A stretch of 64,000 nucleotides of DNA. It comes from a virus. Position 1 is the stretch's first letter, and each line of letters starts with the position of its first letter. This document shows positions 28,073-37,102 of this stretch, one piece after another. The translations under genes and the position numbers were made by a program. Location: positions 64,001-128,000 of IMG/VR virus record IMGVR_UViG_3300032224_000723; one strand, given 5' to 3'. The notes beneath the pieces were generated by a model, which was given only the letters and a program-made list of their open reading frames with translations, ran no database searches and had not been told where the DNA came from.

Positions 28073-28258
28073 ATGGATAAAGCAGTCATTTATCTTGTGC
28101 TGATTGTTGCAATTATTGCCTTTGGCCCATTGTGTTCAATATGGGCGCTGAATACACTGTTTCCAGTGTTGGCAATTCCCTACACCTTTGATACTTGGCT
28201 AGCAGTGATCCTGCTGGGCGGAGTAGTTAATAGCCGTTCATTTAGAAGTAATACCTAA
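28073..28258 (+). CDS. Small membrane protein
   Basis: TAAGGAG SD; hydrophobic. Confidence 0.7.
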   Translation: MDKAVIYLVLIVAIIAFGPLCSIWALNTLFPVLAIPYTFDTWLAVILLGGVVNSRSFRSNT

Positions 28259-28324
28259 GTAGTACTTGCTCGAAATTCGGATATTTGCTATAATAATGGC
28301 ATACAAAGCAAAAAGGAGTTAGAG
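28246..28324 (+). promoter_or_regulatory. Early promoter cassette, copy 3
   Basis: AAGTAATAC-CTAA-GTAGTACTT dyad; TTGCTC-17-TATAAT; AATGGCATAC..AAAAAGGAGTTAGAGATG. Confidence 0.75.
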
Positions 28325-28663
28325 ATGATTAAGGTCAACAGTCGTTTAAGTACAAATGGTCAAGGTTACTGGTCCAACAAGGCTAAGACAGTGACCGTAA
28401 CAGGGTTGGATCTGGCTTATGTAAATGAAGAAGGCGACTTTGGCGAGCTTCGTGTGTATTTTGACACAGATACATGGGACGTAGACGCAGATGGTCTTAT
28501 CTACACCGACAAGCAATTCAGATCTGACTTGAAAACATTGTTAGCTAGACTGGACTTGGGCACTGATGTTAGTTATTCAGAACAAGGTATGCAAGGCGAT
28601 AATTATGTTAGCTTCGATGTTGGAGCTGATTTCATCAATTCATTCAAATTAGTTTTGCAATAA
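28325..28663 (+). CDS. Hypothetical protein
   Basis: Strong SD; GLIYTD..F, YSEQGMQGDNYVSFD. Confidence 0.75.
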   Translation: MIKVNSRLSTNGQGYWSNKAKTVTVTGLDLAYVNEEGDFGELRVYFDTDTWDVDADGLIYTDKQFRSDLKTLLARLDLGTDVSYSEQGMQGDNYVSFDVGADFINSFKLVLQ

Positions 28664-28674
28664 AAGGAGCAACA

Positions 28675-29139
28675 ATGGGAACACGTAGCCGCATTGGTAT
28701 CATGCACGGTGACAAGGTCAAAAGCATTTATTGTCATTGGGATGGTTATCTGGAACACAATGGTCGCATTTTGTTTGACCACTACGACAGCGCCAAAACA
28801 AATATGTTGGTAGCACTGGGCGACATGTCGAGTCTGCGTCCTGAGCTTGGTGAAAAACATGCATTCAGCAAATTAGATCCCATTGGTAATGAAGTCCGAG
28901 AGCACAATGAAGACTGGTGTACATTTTACGGACGCGATCGTGGCGAGAAGGATGTAGAGTACAAAGTGGCTCACACCTTTGAAGAATTTTTGGGCCAATG
29001 CTACGACTCGGCCGCTGAGTACTACTACATCATGAAGGATGGTGTTTGGTATTGTGGTGACACTTATGGCTCTACCCCATTAAGCACACAATTAACAGTT
29101 TTGGCTGAAGCACTGGCGTTAGATGAGGCTGTGGCATAA
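28675..29139 (+). CDS. Hypothetical protein
   Basis: AAGGAG SD; MGTRSRI...YCHWDGY. Confidence 0.75.
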   Translation: MGTRSRIGIMHGDKVKSIYCHWDGYLEHNGRILFDHYDSAKTNMLVALGDMSSLRPELGEKHAFSKLDPIGNEVREHNEDWCTFYGRDRGEKDVEYKVAHTFEEFLGQCYDSAAEYYYIMKDGVWYCGDTYGSTPLSTQLTVLAEALALDEAVA

Positions 29140-29145
29140 TAACTA

Positions 29146-29199
29146 CAGACAATAAATCCAAGATTTTGTATAATATAGTTTTTAACAAAGGAGTTTGAG
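29146..29199 (+). promoter_or_regulatory. Early-type promoter of the AAA+ gene
   Basis: CAGACA-17-TATAAT; AAAGGAGTT SD. Confidence 0.6.
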
Positions 29200-30309
29200 A
29201 TGGCTAAAGAGATGATGACAGAGCACCGTACGGTGACCAGTGAAACTGCTCGACGTGTAATCGTCAAGTGTTTTAAGAAACAACGACCTGCTTTCCTGTG
29301 GGGTCCTCCAGGCATTGGTAAAAGTGAAGTTGTAGACAGTATTGCCAAGGACCTTGGCGGTGCTATGATTGATTTGCGTCTTGCACAGATGGAACCCACG
29401 GATTTACGTGGCATTCCATATTTTAATAAAGACTTGGGTTTAATGGATTGGGCGGCTCCCATTGACTTGCCCGATGAAGAATTTGCAAGCCAGTATCCTA
29501 TTGTGGTGCTGTTCTTAGATGAAATGAACTCAGCGGCTCCTAGTATTAAGGCAGCGGCTTATCAGCTGATTTTGAATCGCCGTATTGGCAAATATAAACT
29601 GCCCGACAATGTGGTAGTTATTGCGGCTGGTAATCGTGAGTCAGACAAAGGTGTTACTTATCGTATGCCTGCTCCGTTGGCTAATCGTTTTGTTCACTTG
29701 GAAATGCGAGTGGATCATGCTAGCTGGGAGACATGGGCTACTATTAATCGTATCCACACAGACGTGGTAGGTTACATTGGCTTTGCTAAACAAGACTTGT
29801 ATGACTTTGACCCACGTTCAAGCTCACGCTCGTTTGCTACACCACGTAGCTGGACCTTTGTCAGCGAACTGTTGGAAGACAACGATGTCAGCGACAGCGA
29901 CTTGACTGACTTGATCTCAGGTGCAGTTGGTGAAGGTGTTGCAGTTAAGTTTATGGCACACCGCAAGGTTGCAGGTCAATTGCCTAAGCCAGAAGCAATT
30001 TTGGCAGGTACTGTTAAAGAGTTGAAGATTAAAGAAATCTCAGCTATGTACAGTTTGGTGATTGGTATGTGCTATGAGTTGAAGGATCAAACTGACAAGT
30101 TGGGTGGCAAGCCTAATGAAGCATGGCACGGCATGGCAGATAACTTCTTCAAGTTTATGATGGATAACTTTACTACTGAGTTGACTGTTATGGGTGCTCG
30201 TACTGCATTGACTACTTATAACTTGCCCTTTGTACCTGGCAAGTTGAAGAACTTCGACGAGTTCCATAAGCGTTTCGGCAAGTACATTGTTGCCGCGGCA
30301 CAGAAGTAA
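29200..30309 (+). CDS. MoxR-like AAA+ ATPase
   Basis: Walker A GPPGIGKS, Walker B LFLDE, AAGN, PLANRF, TPRSW. Confidence 0.9.
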   Translation: MAKEMMTEHRTVTSETARRVIVKCFKKQRPAFLWGPPGIGKSEVVDSIAKDLGGAMIDLRLAQMEPTDLRGIPYFNKDLGLMDWAAPIDLPDEEFASQYPIVVLFLDEMNSAAPSIKAAAYQLILNRRIGKYKLPDNVVVIAAGNRESDKGVTYRMPAPLANRFVHLEMRVDHASWETWATINRIHTDVVGYIGFAKQDLYDFDPRSSSRSFATPRSWTFVSELLEDNDVSDSDLTDLISGAVGEGVAVKFMAHRKVAGQLPKPEAILAGTVKELKIKEISAMYSLVIGMCYELKDQTDKLGGKPNEAWHGMADNFFKFMMDNFTTELTVMGARTALTTYNLPFVPGKLKNFDEFHKRFGKYIVAAAQK

Positions 30310-30317
30310 TTAGTTTA

Positions 30318-30363
30318 GGGGGCAGGGCTTTGTAACTCCTTTCAACCGTAAGTCCCCCATTTA
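30318..30363 (+). terminator. GC-rich hairpin after the AAA+ gene (possible terminator or processing site)
   Basis: GGGGG/CCCCC and GGGCTT/AAGTCC pairings followed by ATTTAT; weak U tract. Confidence 0.4.
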
Positions 30364-30367
30364 TATC

Positions 30368-30655
30368 ATGGCTTTAAAATTAGAACCTTTAGACGGTCGC
30401 CACAGTGGCAAGATCTTTTTCAAATACCGTGTATGGGTATATGGTCCTGACAGAATTCGAGACTTTATTCAAATACGTAACTGGTGTTGGGAAGTGTGGG
30501 GACCGAGCTGTGAACGTGACGACCATATGCTGTCATACAACAACCCAGAAGTAGAAAATAATCTGCATTGGGCATGGCATACATATGAACGCTCACGTTA
30601 TATCTATTTGGTCAATGACCAAGCACTGGCATTTTTCAAACTCAAATGGTTGTAA
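30368..30655 (+). CDS. Hypothetical protein (F-x-L-K-W family)
   Basis: RNWCWEVWG...ALAFFKLKWL. Confidence 0.7.
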   Translation: MALKLEPLDGRHSGKIFFKYRVWVYGPDRIRDFIQIRNWCWEVWGPSCERDDHMLSYNNPEVENNLHWAWHTYERSRYIYLVNDQALAFFKLKWL

Positions 30656-30669
30656 CAACAAAGTGTTAC

Positions 30670-30698
30670 TCGACAATAATTCATTCTTGTGCTATAAT
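30670..30698 (+). promoter_or_regulatory. Early-type promoter of the VWA gene
   Basis: TCGACA-17-TATAAT (TGcTATAAT); preceded by half-dyad AAGTGTTACT. Confidence 0.6.
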
Positions 30699-30721
30699 AT
30701 ATACACTAACAAGGAACAAAG

Positions 30722-32026
30722 ATGACTACAACAAATTCAGCAGACAAGCGTAATCCCAAAGCAAATGGTGGTCGCTTAACAGAGAACACAGATCCCACAT
30801 TGGATCGAACTGTACGTGAAAAATTAATTACTGCCCGCATTGGCTTGCTATTGCGGGCTCCTTTCTTTGGTAACCTTGCTACTCGCTTAGAGTTGGTTAA
30901 TGCGGACAGTTGGTTACCCACTGCGGCTACAGATGGTCGTAAGTTTTACTATAACACAGAGTTTGTCAATAAACTCAAACCCAAAGAAGTTGAATTCTTG
31001 TTTGGGCACGAAGTCCTGCACAATGTCTATGACCACATTGGACGCACCGGCGACTTCCGTGACCGTAGACTGTTTAATTGTGCCGCTGACTTTTGTGTCA
31101 ACGCAGACTTGATTGAACACAAAATTGGTGACAAGATTACTCCATGTTTGTATGATGCAAAGTACAAAGGTTGGAGTGCTGAAGAAGTTTACGATGATCT
31201 GTACGAAAAAGCAGACAAGATTGACATCAGTGACTTACTGGACCAAATGCTGGACGAGCACATGGATGGTGATGGCGACAGTGACGGTGATGGCGACGGC
31301 GATGAAAAAGACGGCAAGGGTAAAGGTCGCGGTCCCAAGTTGACTGAAGAAGAAAAGCGTCAGATCCGAGACGAGATTCGCGAAGCATTGTTGCAGGCAG
31401 CACAGGCCACTGGCGCAGGTAACTTGCCCATGGGTGTTAAACGTCTTATCAAAGACTTGACCAAGCCTGTTGTTAACTGGCGTGAACTGTTGGAACAACA
31501 AATCCAAAGCACTGTTAAAGATGACTTTAGCTGGATGCGTCCTAATCGTCGTAGCTGGCACTTGGATGCTGTGATGCCTGGCATGAAGCCCGGTACACAG
31601 ATCGACGTATGCGTAGCAATTGACACTTCAGGTTCTATCAGTGAACAAGACTTAAAAGACTTTCTAAGTGAAGTTAAAGGCATCATGGAGAGCTATGATG
31701 AGTATCGTGTACGTGTAATTACATGGGACACTGAAGTTTACAATCCCGAAGAGTTTACCAGTGACAACATGGCAGACATTGCTGAGTATGTGCCTGGTGG
31801 CGGTGGTGGTACTGACCCGCATTGTGTGTGGGAATGGTTGAAGGAAAACGACATCGAGCCTAAGAAGCTGATTATGTTTACTGACTACTGTTTCTTTGGT
31901 TGGGATCCTAAGTCCGTTGAAGACTACTGCGACACTGTTTGGGTTATCAAAGGCAATCCAGATGTTGAACCTGAGTTTGGTGTTTGGGCTCACTACGAAC
32001 AAGCCAAAAAAGAAGCCAAAGCGTAA
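30722..32026 (+). CDS. HExxH metallopeptidase-like plus VWA domain protein (DUF2201-like)
   Basis: TAATDG, HEVLH, acidic G/D linker, MIDAS DTSGS, GGGGT, FTD. Confidence 0.88.
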   Translation: MTTTNSADKRNPKANGGRLTENTDPTLDRTVREKLITARIGLLLRAPFFGNLATRLELVNADSWLPTAATDGRKFYYNTEFVNKLKPKEVEFLFGHEVLHNVYDHIGRTGDFRDRRLFNCAADFCVNADLIEHKIGDKITPCLYDAKYKGWSAEEVYDDLYEKADKIDISDLLDQMLDEHMDGDGDSDGDGDGDEKDGKGKGRGPKLTEEEKRQIRDEIREALLQAAQATGAGNLPMGVKRLIKDLTKPVVNWRELLEQQIQSTVKDDFSWMRPNRRSWHLDAVMPGMKPGTQIDVCVAIDTSGSISEQDLKDFLSEVKGIMESYDEYRVRVITWDTEVYNPEEFTSDNMADIAEYVPGGGGGTDPHCVWEWLKENDIEPKKLIMFTDYCFFGWDPKSVEDYCDTVWVIKGNPDVEPEFGVWAHYEQAKKEAKA

Positions 32027-32028
32027 GT

Positions 32029-32283
32029 GTGCAAAATAACTTAGAAGACGAGTTGATCCGCCGGCATAGTCAAGAGTTTGCGGATCAACTTGACTTTGAA
32101 GTAATGCATGAGCTATTTGAATGGACTCGGCTAGAAAGATCACCATGGGTGACAGAGCAAGAATTCCTGGATTTTAAAAAATGGTTAAAGGAGTCATGCA
32201 TGGGAAAATATGCGGGTAAGCAGGGTGTTTGGTTCTTTGAGCTAGAAGAAGATGCCACAGCATTTGCTCTTAAATGGTGTTAA
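32029..32283 (+). CDS. Hypothetical protein (F-x-L-K-W family)
   Basis: KKWLKESC...FELEEDATAFALKWC; GTG start inferred. Confidence 0.65.
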   Translation: MQNNLEDELIRRHSQEFADQLDFEVMHELFEWTRLERSPWVTEQEFLDFKKWLKESCMGKYAGKQGVWFFELEEDATAFALKWC

Positions 32284-32292
32284 CTGTATAAT
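32264..32292 (+). promoter_or_regulatory. Sigma70 promoter (probably leaderless)
   Basis: TTGCTC-17-TATAAT; ATG 5 nt downstream. Confidence 0.6.
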
Positions 32293-32297
32293 GTACT

Positions 32298-32588
32298 ATG
32301 AGTAACGAACAAGCAAAATTTATCAATTCAAGACGTCGTCACAAAAATGACGTAGCAGTGGCAAGGCAAATGAAGATTGCCAAGGCCGCTGGCATGACAG
32401 TTAAAGAGCCGCACAAGCTGGTTAAACATCATGCCATGGACTGTGGTAATCCTCATTGTTTTTTATGCGGTAATCCACGTAAAACACATAAAGATAAACT
32501 GACACAGCAAGAAAAACGCCTGTTCCAAGATATAGAGCAAGTGCGTGACAAACATAGCAATGGACTAACACCTAATGATCAATCTTAA
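32298..32588 (+). CDS. Basic hypothetical protein with Cys/His cluster
   Basis: HH..DCGNPHCFLCGNPR. Confidence 0.7.
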   Translation: MSNEQAKFINSRRRHKNDVAVARQMKIAKAAGMTVKEPHKLVKHHAMDCGNPHCFLCGNPRKTHKDKLTQQEKRLFQDIEQVRDKHSNGLTPNDQS

Positions 32589-32865
32589 CTTTACTATCTC
32601 TAATCCATGGAGCAGTCGATGGGATATTCTTTGGAACAAAAGTAAATTCATTGGCAAGAATTACTACAGAAATAAGGCCGTGGAATTCAATGGCTATCGT
32701 ACCAATCACATCATCAACGTAGATTTTAATTTCAAGCCTGTGGGTGATCATGGGGGTGCTAGGATCATGCTTGGTGTATTTGGGTTTGATGTTGAACTAC
32801 ACTTCTACGATACCCGCCACTGGGACTATGACACCAACACTTGGGAGACATATAATGGACACTGA
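32575..32865 (+). CDS. Hypothetical protein
   Basis: Overlapping ORF. Confidence 0.65.
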   Translation: MINLNFTISNPWSSRWDILWNKSKFIGKNYYRNKAVEFNGYRTNHIINVDFNFKPVGDHGGARIMLGVFGFDVELHFYDTRHWDYDTNTWETYNGH

Positions 32866-33013
32866 TATGAAATGGTATGCGATTGTTATGATTTTTATTA
32901 TTGGTTTACCTATGGCTGGCCTAGCTCTCAAAGAGTACCAACTGAGCCAATGCCGTATTGAAGCTATCAAGGTAGGTATGGACACAGACAAGATTTTGCA
33001 AGTGTGCAAATAA
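32855..33013 (+). CDS. Small membrane protein
   Basis: GGAG SD; TM segment; TAATG coupling. Confidence 0.6.
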   Translation: MDTDMKWYAIVMIFIIGLPMAGLALKEYQLSQCRIEAIKVGMDTDKILQVCK

Positions 33014-33477
33014 TGGATAATAGTGCTAAAGGCCGTGACAGTTTTGATGCTACCACTGGTAATACATTGGTGCATTTTTTCAATCGTAATGTTACGCCTT
33101 ATGCCACTAGTACACTGGGACCTAAGTTTGATCTAGTGCCTGTTGAAAGCCAAAAAGACCTTATGGTCAATGCGGCACGTATGCATGCCCAACAAGAATA
33201 CGATCGTATCATGCAGTTGGTCACAGTGTTGCAACAACAAGCAGATGACATACGTAGGCGTTTGGATATCACAGACATGGTACGTGCTGCCAAATACGAG
33301 TTTCAAACCTATCATGGACAAATCTACTGGTTAGTACAGGACAACCGACACAACTGTACACGCCTAGTTCATACTGGTCCCACAGACTGGAACACTGGAG
33401 TTCCTGAAGGATATCAATATATTTGCCAAGTACAATGGCTAGGTGATTATACTTGGCAGGAAGTTAAAAATGACTAA
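33013..33477 (+). CDS. DUF2452-like protein
   Basis: TPYATSTLGPKF...AKYEFQTYHGQIYWL...LGDYTW. Confidence 0.6.
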   Translation: MDNSAKGRDSFDATTGNTLVHFFNRNVTPYATSTLGPKFDLVPVESQKDLMVNAARMHAQQEYDRIMQLVTVLQQQADDIRRRLDITDMVRAAKYEFQTYHGQIYWLVQDNRHNCTRLVHTGPTDWNTGVPEGYQYICQVQWLGDYTWQEVKND

Positions 33478-33934
33478 GAAAATCTTTTACGAAAAAGTTG
33501 GACGTAGGTATAAACCTGTGTTAGAAAACGACAACGAATTCTACGATGCATTGCCCCACGGTAATCATTTAATCATGTGTTATCCAGGCGGTCGTACCAC
33601 ACGCTACAACGTTGATCCTGCACTGGCACCTATGATTGCCGCAAGCCGTGTAGCTGAAGATCGCATGAGCGAAGCAGTTCGCCGAGCCAGTGAACTAAGG
33701 CCTCGCAACAAGCCTGTCACAGAAAACCAAAAAAAGGCATGGACTAATCTAAGCAAAGCCTTTGGTGATGAAATATACACTATGGAAATTGCCAGTGCCA
33801 GAGAGGTTGCAGAAGCTGGTATTAAAGCCATGCAAGAAGAAGCAGAAAAATTAATGACTCACGCAAGTGTGCGGGCCGCATACGAACAGTTTCTTTTTGT
33901 CTGTAAACTCTGCGCCGAAGAGAACAACGAGTAA
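33470..33934 (+). CDS. Hypothetical protein
   Basis: AGGA SD; start refined to ATG 33470. Confidence 0.7.
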   Translation: MTKKIFYEKVGRRYKPVLENDNEFYDALPHGNHLIMCYPGGRTTRYNVDPALAPMIAASRVAEDRMSEAVRRASELRPRNKPVTENQKKAWTNLSKAFGDEIYTMEIASAREVAEAGIKAMQEEAEKLMTHASVRAAYEQFLFVCKLCAEENNE

Positions 33935-33941
33935 ATACGGT

Positions 33942-34163
33942 ATGACTACAAAATTCGAACAGTTGCTAGCAATATTTTTAGGTACCATAGTAGTATGGAC
34001 ATCGATACTATTTCTTTTGAGATATGAAAACGACGAAGAAGATGCAGACTATGAGTTAACTATCACCTACGACTGTAGAGCTGTTTTAAGTGAAAACAAA
34101 GACGAGGCTAACAAGTATCCTAAAGATATTAAAAATGAATGCCGTGAGTTAATGCACAATTAA
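33942..34163 (+). CDS. Small membrane protein
   Basis: GTAAATA just upstream; N-terminal TM; two Cys. Confidence 0.6.
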   Translation: MTTKFEQLLAIFLGTIVVWTSILFLLRYENDEEDADYELTITYDCRAVLSENKDEANKYPKDIKNECRELMHN

Positions 34164-34164
34164 T

Positions 34165-34455
34165 ATGTTAAAAAACGGCGAAGTCAATCCTTTAAATGTA
34201 TTTGGTCTACGTAGACTAGAACACTGCCCTCCCCACTTTGCAAGAATCTGCTTTGATCTGCGAGTAGGAGAAAAAGCTATCTCGGACTGGGTTTGGGAAA
34301 ACCTCGAAGGTAGATTTTGGATGGGTGATCAGTACTACAAAACAGGATCAAACACAGTTATGCAGAAGTGTGTGGCATTCGAAGTTCCCAGCGAATCTAG
34401 CTACTTTGCACTATTCCTAGATCAAATCAATAAGTCAAGCTACGACGAATTCTAA
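34165..34455 (+). CDS. Hypothetical protein (related to F-x-L-K-W family)
   Basis: ISDWVWENLEGRF...FEVPSESSYFAL. Confidence 0.7.
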   Translation: MLKNGEVNPLNVFGLRRLEHCPPHFARICFDLRVGEKAISDWVWENLEGRFWMGDQYYKTGSNTVMQKCVAFEVPSESSYFALFLDQINKSSYDEF

Positions 34456-34514
34456 AAATTTTTCTTCGATCTTATACAAGGTTAAATATTTGTATATTAT
34501 TATCGGAGCTAAAA

Positions 34515-34748
34515 ATGACAGAAGAAACTACTGGTGAACAGGTACAACCTAATCTAGGGTTGAATGACTTAATCGTAGTATTACAAACACTGCAACTCGC
34601 AAGTAGCCGAGGTGCATTTAAGCCGGAAGAATTTACTACCATTGGCGGATGTTATGAAAGAATTTTTGCTTTCTTATCTGCCAGCGGAGCAATTAATCCG
34701 CCTGAACAAACGCCAGAGCAACCTGCCGCTGATTCAGTTCAACAATAA
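34515..34748 (+). CDS. Hypothetical protein
   Basis: GTTAAATA late-type motif and GGAG SD upstream; ASSRGAFKPEE. Confidence 0.75.
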   Translation: MTEETTGEQVQPNLGLNDLIVVLQTLQLASSRGAFKPEEFTTIGGCYERIFAFLSASGAINPPEQTPEQPAADSVQQ

Positions 34749-34759
34749 GGAAAATCAAA

Positions 34760-35431
34760 ATGATTAAACACGTAGGCAAACACAGTAACAAGAAATGTAT
34801 CATTCTTTGGAGGAAAGTTCCAAATGAAGATCATATGGCCCTGGTTGTATATCCAGACTTAATGGCACGTCACATTCATGACGATATTATGAAATATTTA
34901 GAATCTGATTCAGGACAACAATCCGACCAATTCAGTGACTACTTGTTCAGAGTCAATTTAAGTGATGGTGAAAATGCACTGACAAAACTTCATAAAGAAG
35001 GTATGATTAAAAAAGTACCGACAAATCAAGTTGTTGTTACTCCTAATAATAAGAGCACAGTCAGACTAGATGAACTTAATGGTATTCTAGACAAAATGGC
35101 CATGGGTGAGGAAGCTGTTAAAGAAATGGCCGAACTTGACTCTAAATCCGGACTACAAACTAAACGTAGTAATGTTAAAGAAGTAGGTGTGCCTAGAAAT
35201 AGTCGCAGTGCGCCAGCTGAAGTTGTTAATGAAAATATAAGTATTAATGATGTGTTGTCAGATGAACAGTTAGCCACTCAACGTCTAGCACAAGCACAGA
35301 AGATGCAAGCAGATGCTCGAGCACTATTAGCAGAAGCAGACCGCTTACAAAAAGAAGCAATGACATTAACCGGCTCAGACAAAGATGGCACAACAAAAAC
35401 CAAAAAAACCCGCCAAGCCAAAGCGGCTTAA
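34760..35431 (+). CDS. Hypothetical protein with C-terminal coiled coil
   Basis: TAAGGA SD; 223 aa. Confidence 0.75.
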   Translation: MIKHVGKHSNKKCIILWRKVPNEDHMALVVYPDLMARHIHDDIMKYLESDSGQQSDQFSDYLFRVNLSDGENALTKLHKEGMIKKVPTNQVVVTPNNKSTVRLDELNGILDKMAMGEEAVKEMAELDSKSGLQTKRSNVKEVGVPRNSRSAPAEVVNENISINDVLSDEQLATQRLAQAQKMQADARALLAEADRLQKEAMTLTGSDKDGTTKTKKTRQAKAA

Positions 35432-35723
35432 TCTTAACACAAAAACAGCTTGGCGAAATATTCTTAAAGACGTAGATAAACAAGAAGTACCAATACACGT
35501 TTTAGAAAAACTAATGGTATATCTCAAGGACGGCACACAGGTTACAGTTGACATTAAACGACTATTGGCCGAAGGTGCTGATCCTGACGAGATTGAATTG
35601 CATGTTGATCGTCGATTACAAGAATTAGATGCATATATAGACAATGTAGACTTTTTCGTAGATGTTGATCTAGTGCAACAAACAGTCCAACCTGAGACAG
35701 ACAAGATACTATCAAAATTATGA
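35385..35723 (+). CDS. Hypothetical protein
   Basis: ATGA coupling to DHFR. Confidence 0.7.
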   Translation: MAQQKPKKPAKPKRLNLNTKTAWRNILKDVDKQEVPIHVLEKLMVYLKDGTQVTVDIKRLLAEGADPDEIELHVDRRLQELDAYIDNVDFFVDVDLVQQTVQPETDKILSKL

Positions 35724-36226
35724 TCAAGGCAATATTTGCCGTAGACTACTGGGGAGGCATGGGGTTAAATGGTTCTTTACCGTGGCCCCATCACTCAGAG
35801 GATCTACAATACTTTAAAGAACAAACTGATGGGCAGGTAGTTGTAATGGGTCGCAGGACCTGGGACGATCCTAAGATGCCTAAGCCCTTACCCAATCGAA
35901 TTACATACGTTGCTACCAATAGACCATTATTCGGTTACAGCGGAGTAAAAACTATTCGTGGCGATTTAGAACAACAGGTTCTAAAAATCAAAGCCGCACA
36001 TCCCGACAAAATTGTATGGGTTATTGGTGGACCTGAAATTCTGCTAGCAACTAAAGGAGTAGTCGACGAAGCACATATTACACATTTCAAAAGCCAATAT
36101 AAAACCGATATTCAAATTGACTTAAGAAAATACTTGAGCTTGTTCCAAGCAACTGGTGCAGCACCTAGTTTGGATCGTAAGTGCAATTGGACCACTTACA
36201 AAAACATTGACATTTTCCGCGCTTAG
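35720..36226 (+). CDS. folA: Dihydrofolate reductase
   Basis: GLNGSLPW, DLQYFK, VVMGRRTW, PLPNR, VIGG. Confidence 0.93.
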   Translation: MIKAIFAVDYWGGMGLNGSLPWPHHSEDLQYFKEQTDGQVVVMGRRTWDDPKMPKPLPNRITYVATNRPLFGYSGVKTIRGDLEQQVLKIKAAHPDKIVWVIGGPEILLATKGVVDEAHITHFKSQYKTDIQIDLRKYLSLFQATGAAPSLDRKCNWTTYKNIDIFRA

Positions 36227-36235
36227 TAGTAAACT
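36207..36235 (+). promoter_or_regulatory. Sigma70 promoter of thyA (probably leaderless)
   Basis: TTGACA-17-TAAACT; ATG 6 nt downstream; no SD. Confidence 0.6.
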
Positions 36236-36241
36236 AACACT

Positions 36242-37102
36242 ATGAAAACATATTTAGACGCAATGCAAGAAGTGCTGGCCAAAGGCACGGTTACTGAAGA
36301 CAGAACTGGTGTTGGTACTATTAGTTATTTTGGTATGCAACAACGCTATGACCTTAGTAAGGGATTTCCTGCGGTAACAACAAAGAAACTAGCATGGAAA
36401 AGTGTTGTGTCAGAATTACTATGGTTTATTGAGGGATCCGGCGACGAACGTAGACTACGTGAAATATTACATGGTAGCAGAGACTCTGAAAAAACCACTA
36501 TCTGGACCGCTAATGCTGAAGCAGACTACTGGAAACCTAAAGCTAAGTTTCCAGGAGACTTGGGTCGTGTTTACGGAGTACAGTGGAGACACTGGCGCCC
36601 AGGTAACGAGGAAGTTGATCAATTATTAGACCTAATCAACGGAATCAAAGCAGATCCACACGGACGACGACATATATTAACAGCGTGGAACCCAGGAGAG
36701 TTAAAATCTATGACCCTGCCACCGTGTCATTGCTTTGCCCAGTTTTATGTGCAACACAGATCAGGTGCAGAACGCGATGCACTGAGTTGCCAAATGTATC
36801 AACGTAGTTGCGACATGTTTCTTGGAGTCCCATTCAACATTGCAAGCTACAGTCTATTAACCCACATGATTGCACAAGTCTGTGACTTAGACGTAGGCGA
36901 GTTCGTTCACGTTCTTGGCGACGCCCATATATACTTGAATCATGTAGAGCAGGTAAATGAACAATTAAGACGTGAACCCTTGCCTGCTCCGCAACTATGG
37001 CTGAATCCTGACATTAAGGATATTACTAAGTTTACTATGTCCGATATTCGACTAGAGAATTATGTTAGTCACAATGCTATTCGAGCAGAGATGGCAGTAT
37101 GA
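36242..37102 (+). CDS. thyA: Thymidylate synthase
   Basis: DRTGVGT, ELLWF, YGVQWR, LPPCH, YQRSCDMFLGVPFN, DAHIY. Confidence 0.97.
   Translation: MKTYLDAMQEVLAKGTVTEDRTGVGTISYFGMQQRYDLSKGFPAVTTKKLAWKSVVSELLWFIEGSGDERRLREILHGSRDSEKTTIWTANAEADYWKPKAKFPGDLGRVYGVQWRHWRPGNEEVDQLLDLINGIKADPHGRRHILTAWNPGELKSMTLPPCHCFAQFYVQHRSGAERDALSCQMYQRSCDMFLGVPFNIASYSLLTHMIAQVCDLDVGEFVHVLGDAHIYLNHVEQVNEQLRREPLPAPQLWLNPDIKDITKFTMSDIRLENYVSHNAIRAEMAV

Noticed and set aside
27108-28324. Spaced repeats as a possible CRISPR array
   Set aside because: Units are 500-600 bp apart, separated by genes, and contain promoter and SD elements; no cas genes are present.
31262-31325. GAYGGY-type short repeats
   Set aside because: They encode the low-complexity Gly/Asp linker typical of this VWA protein family.
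3-37102. Introns or inteins in the DNA polymerase or thyA
   Set aside because: Both read continuously, with normal motif spacing in the visible portion.
36242-37102. ThyA as a hydroxymethylase for modified pyrimidines
   Set aside because: It keeps the canonical dUMP-specific PFN motif and is paired with DHFR, as expected for an ordinary thymidylate synthase.
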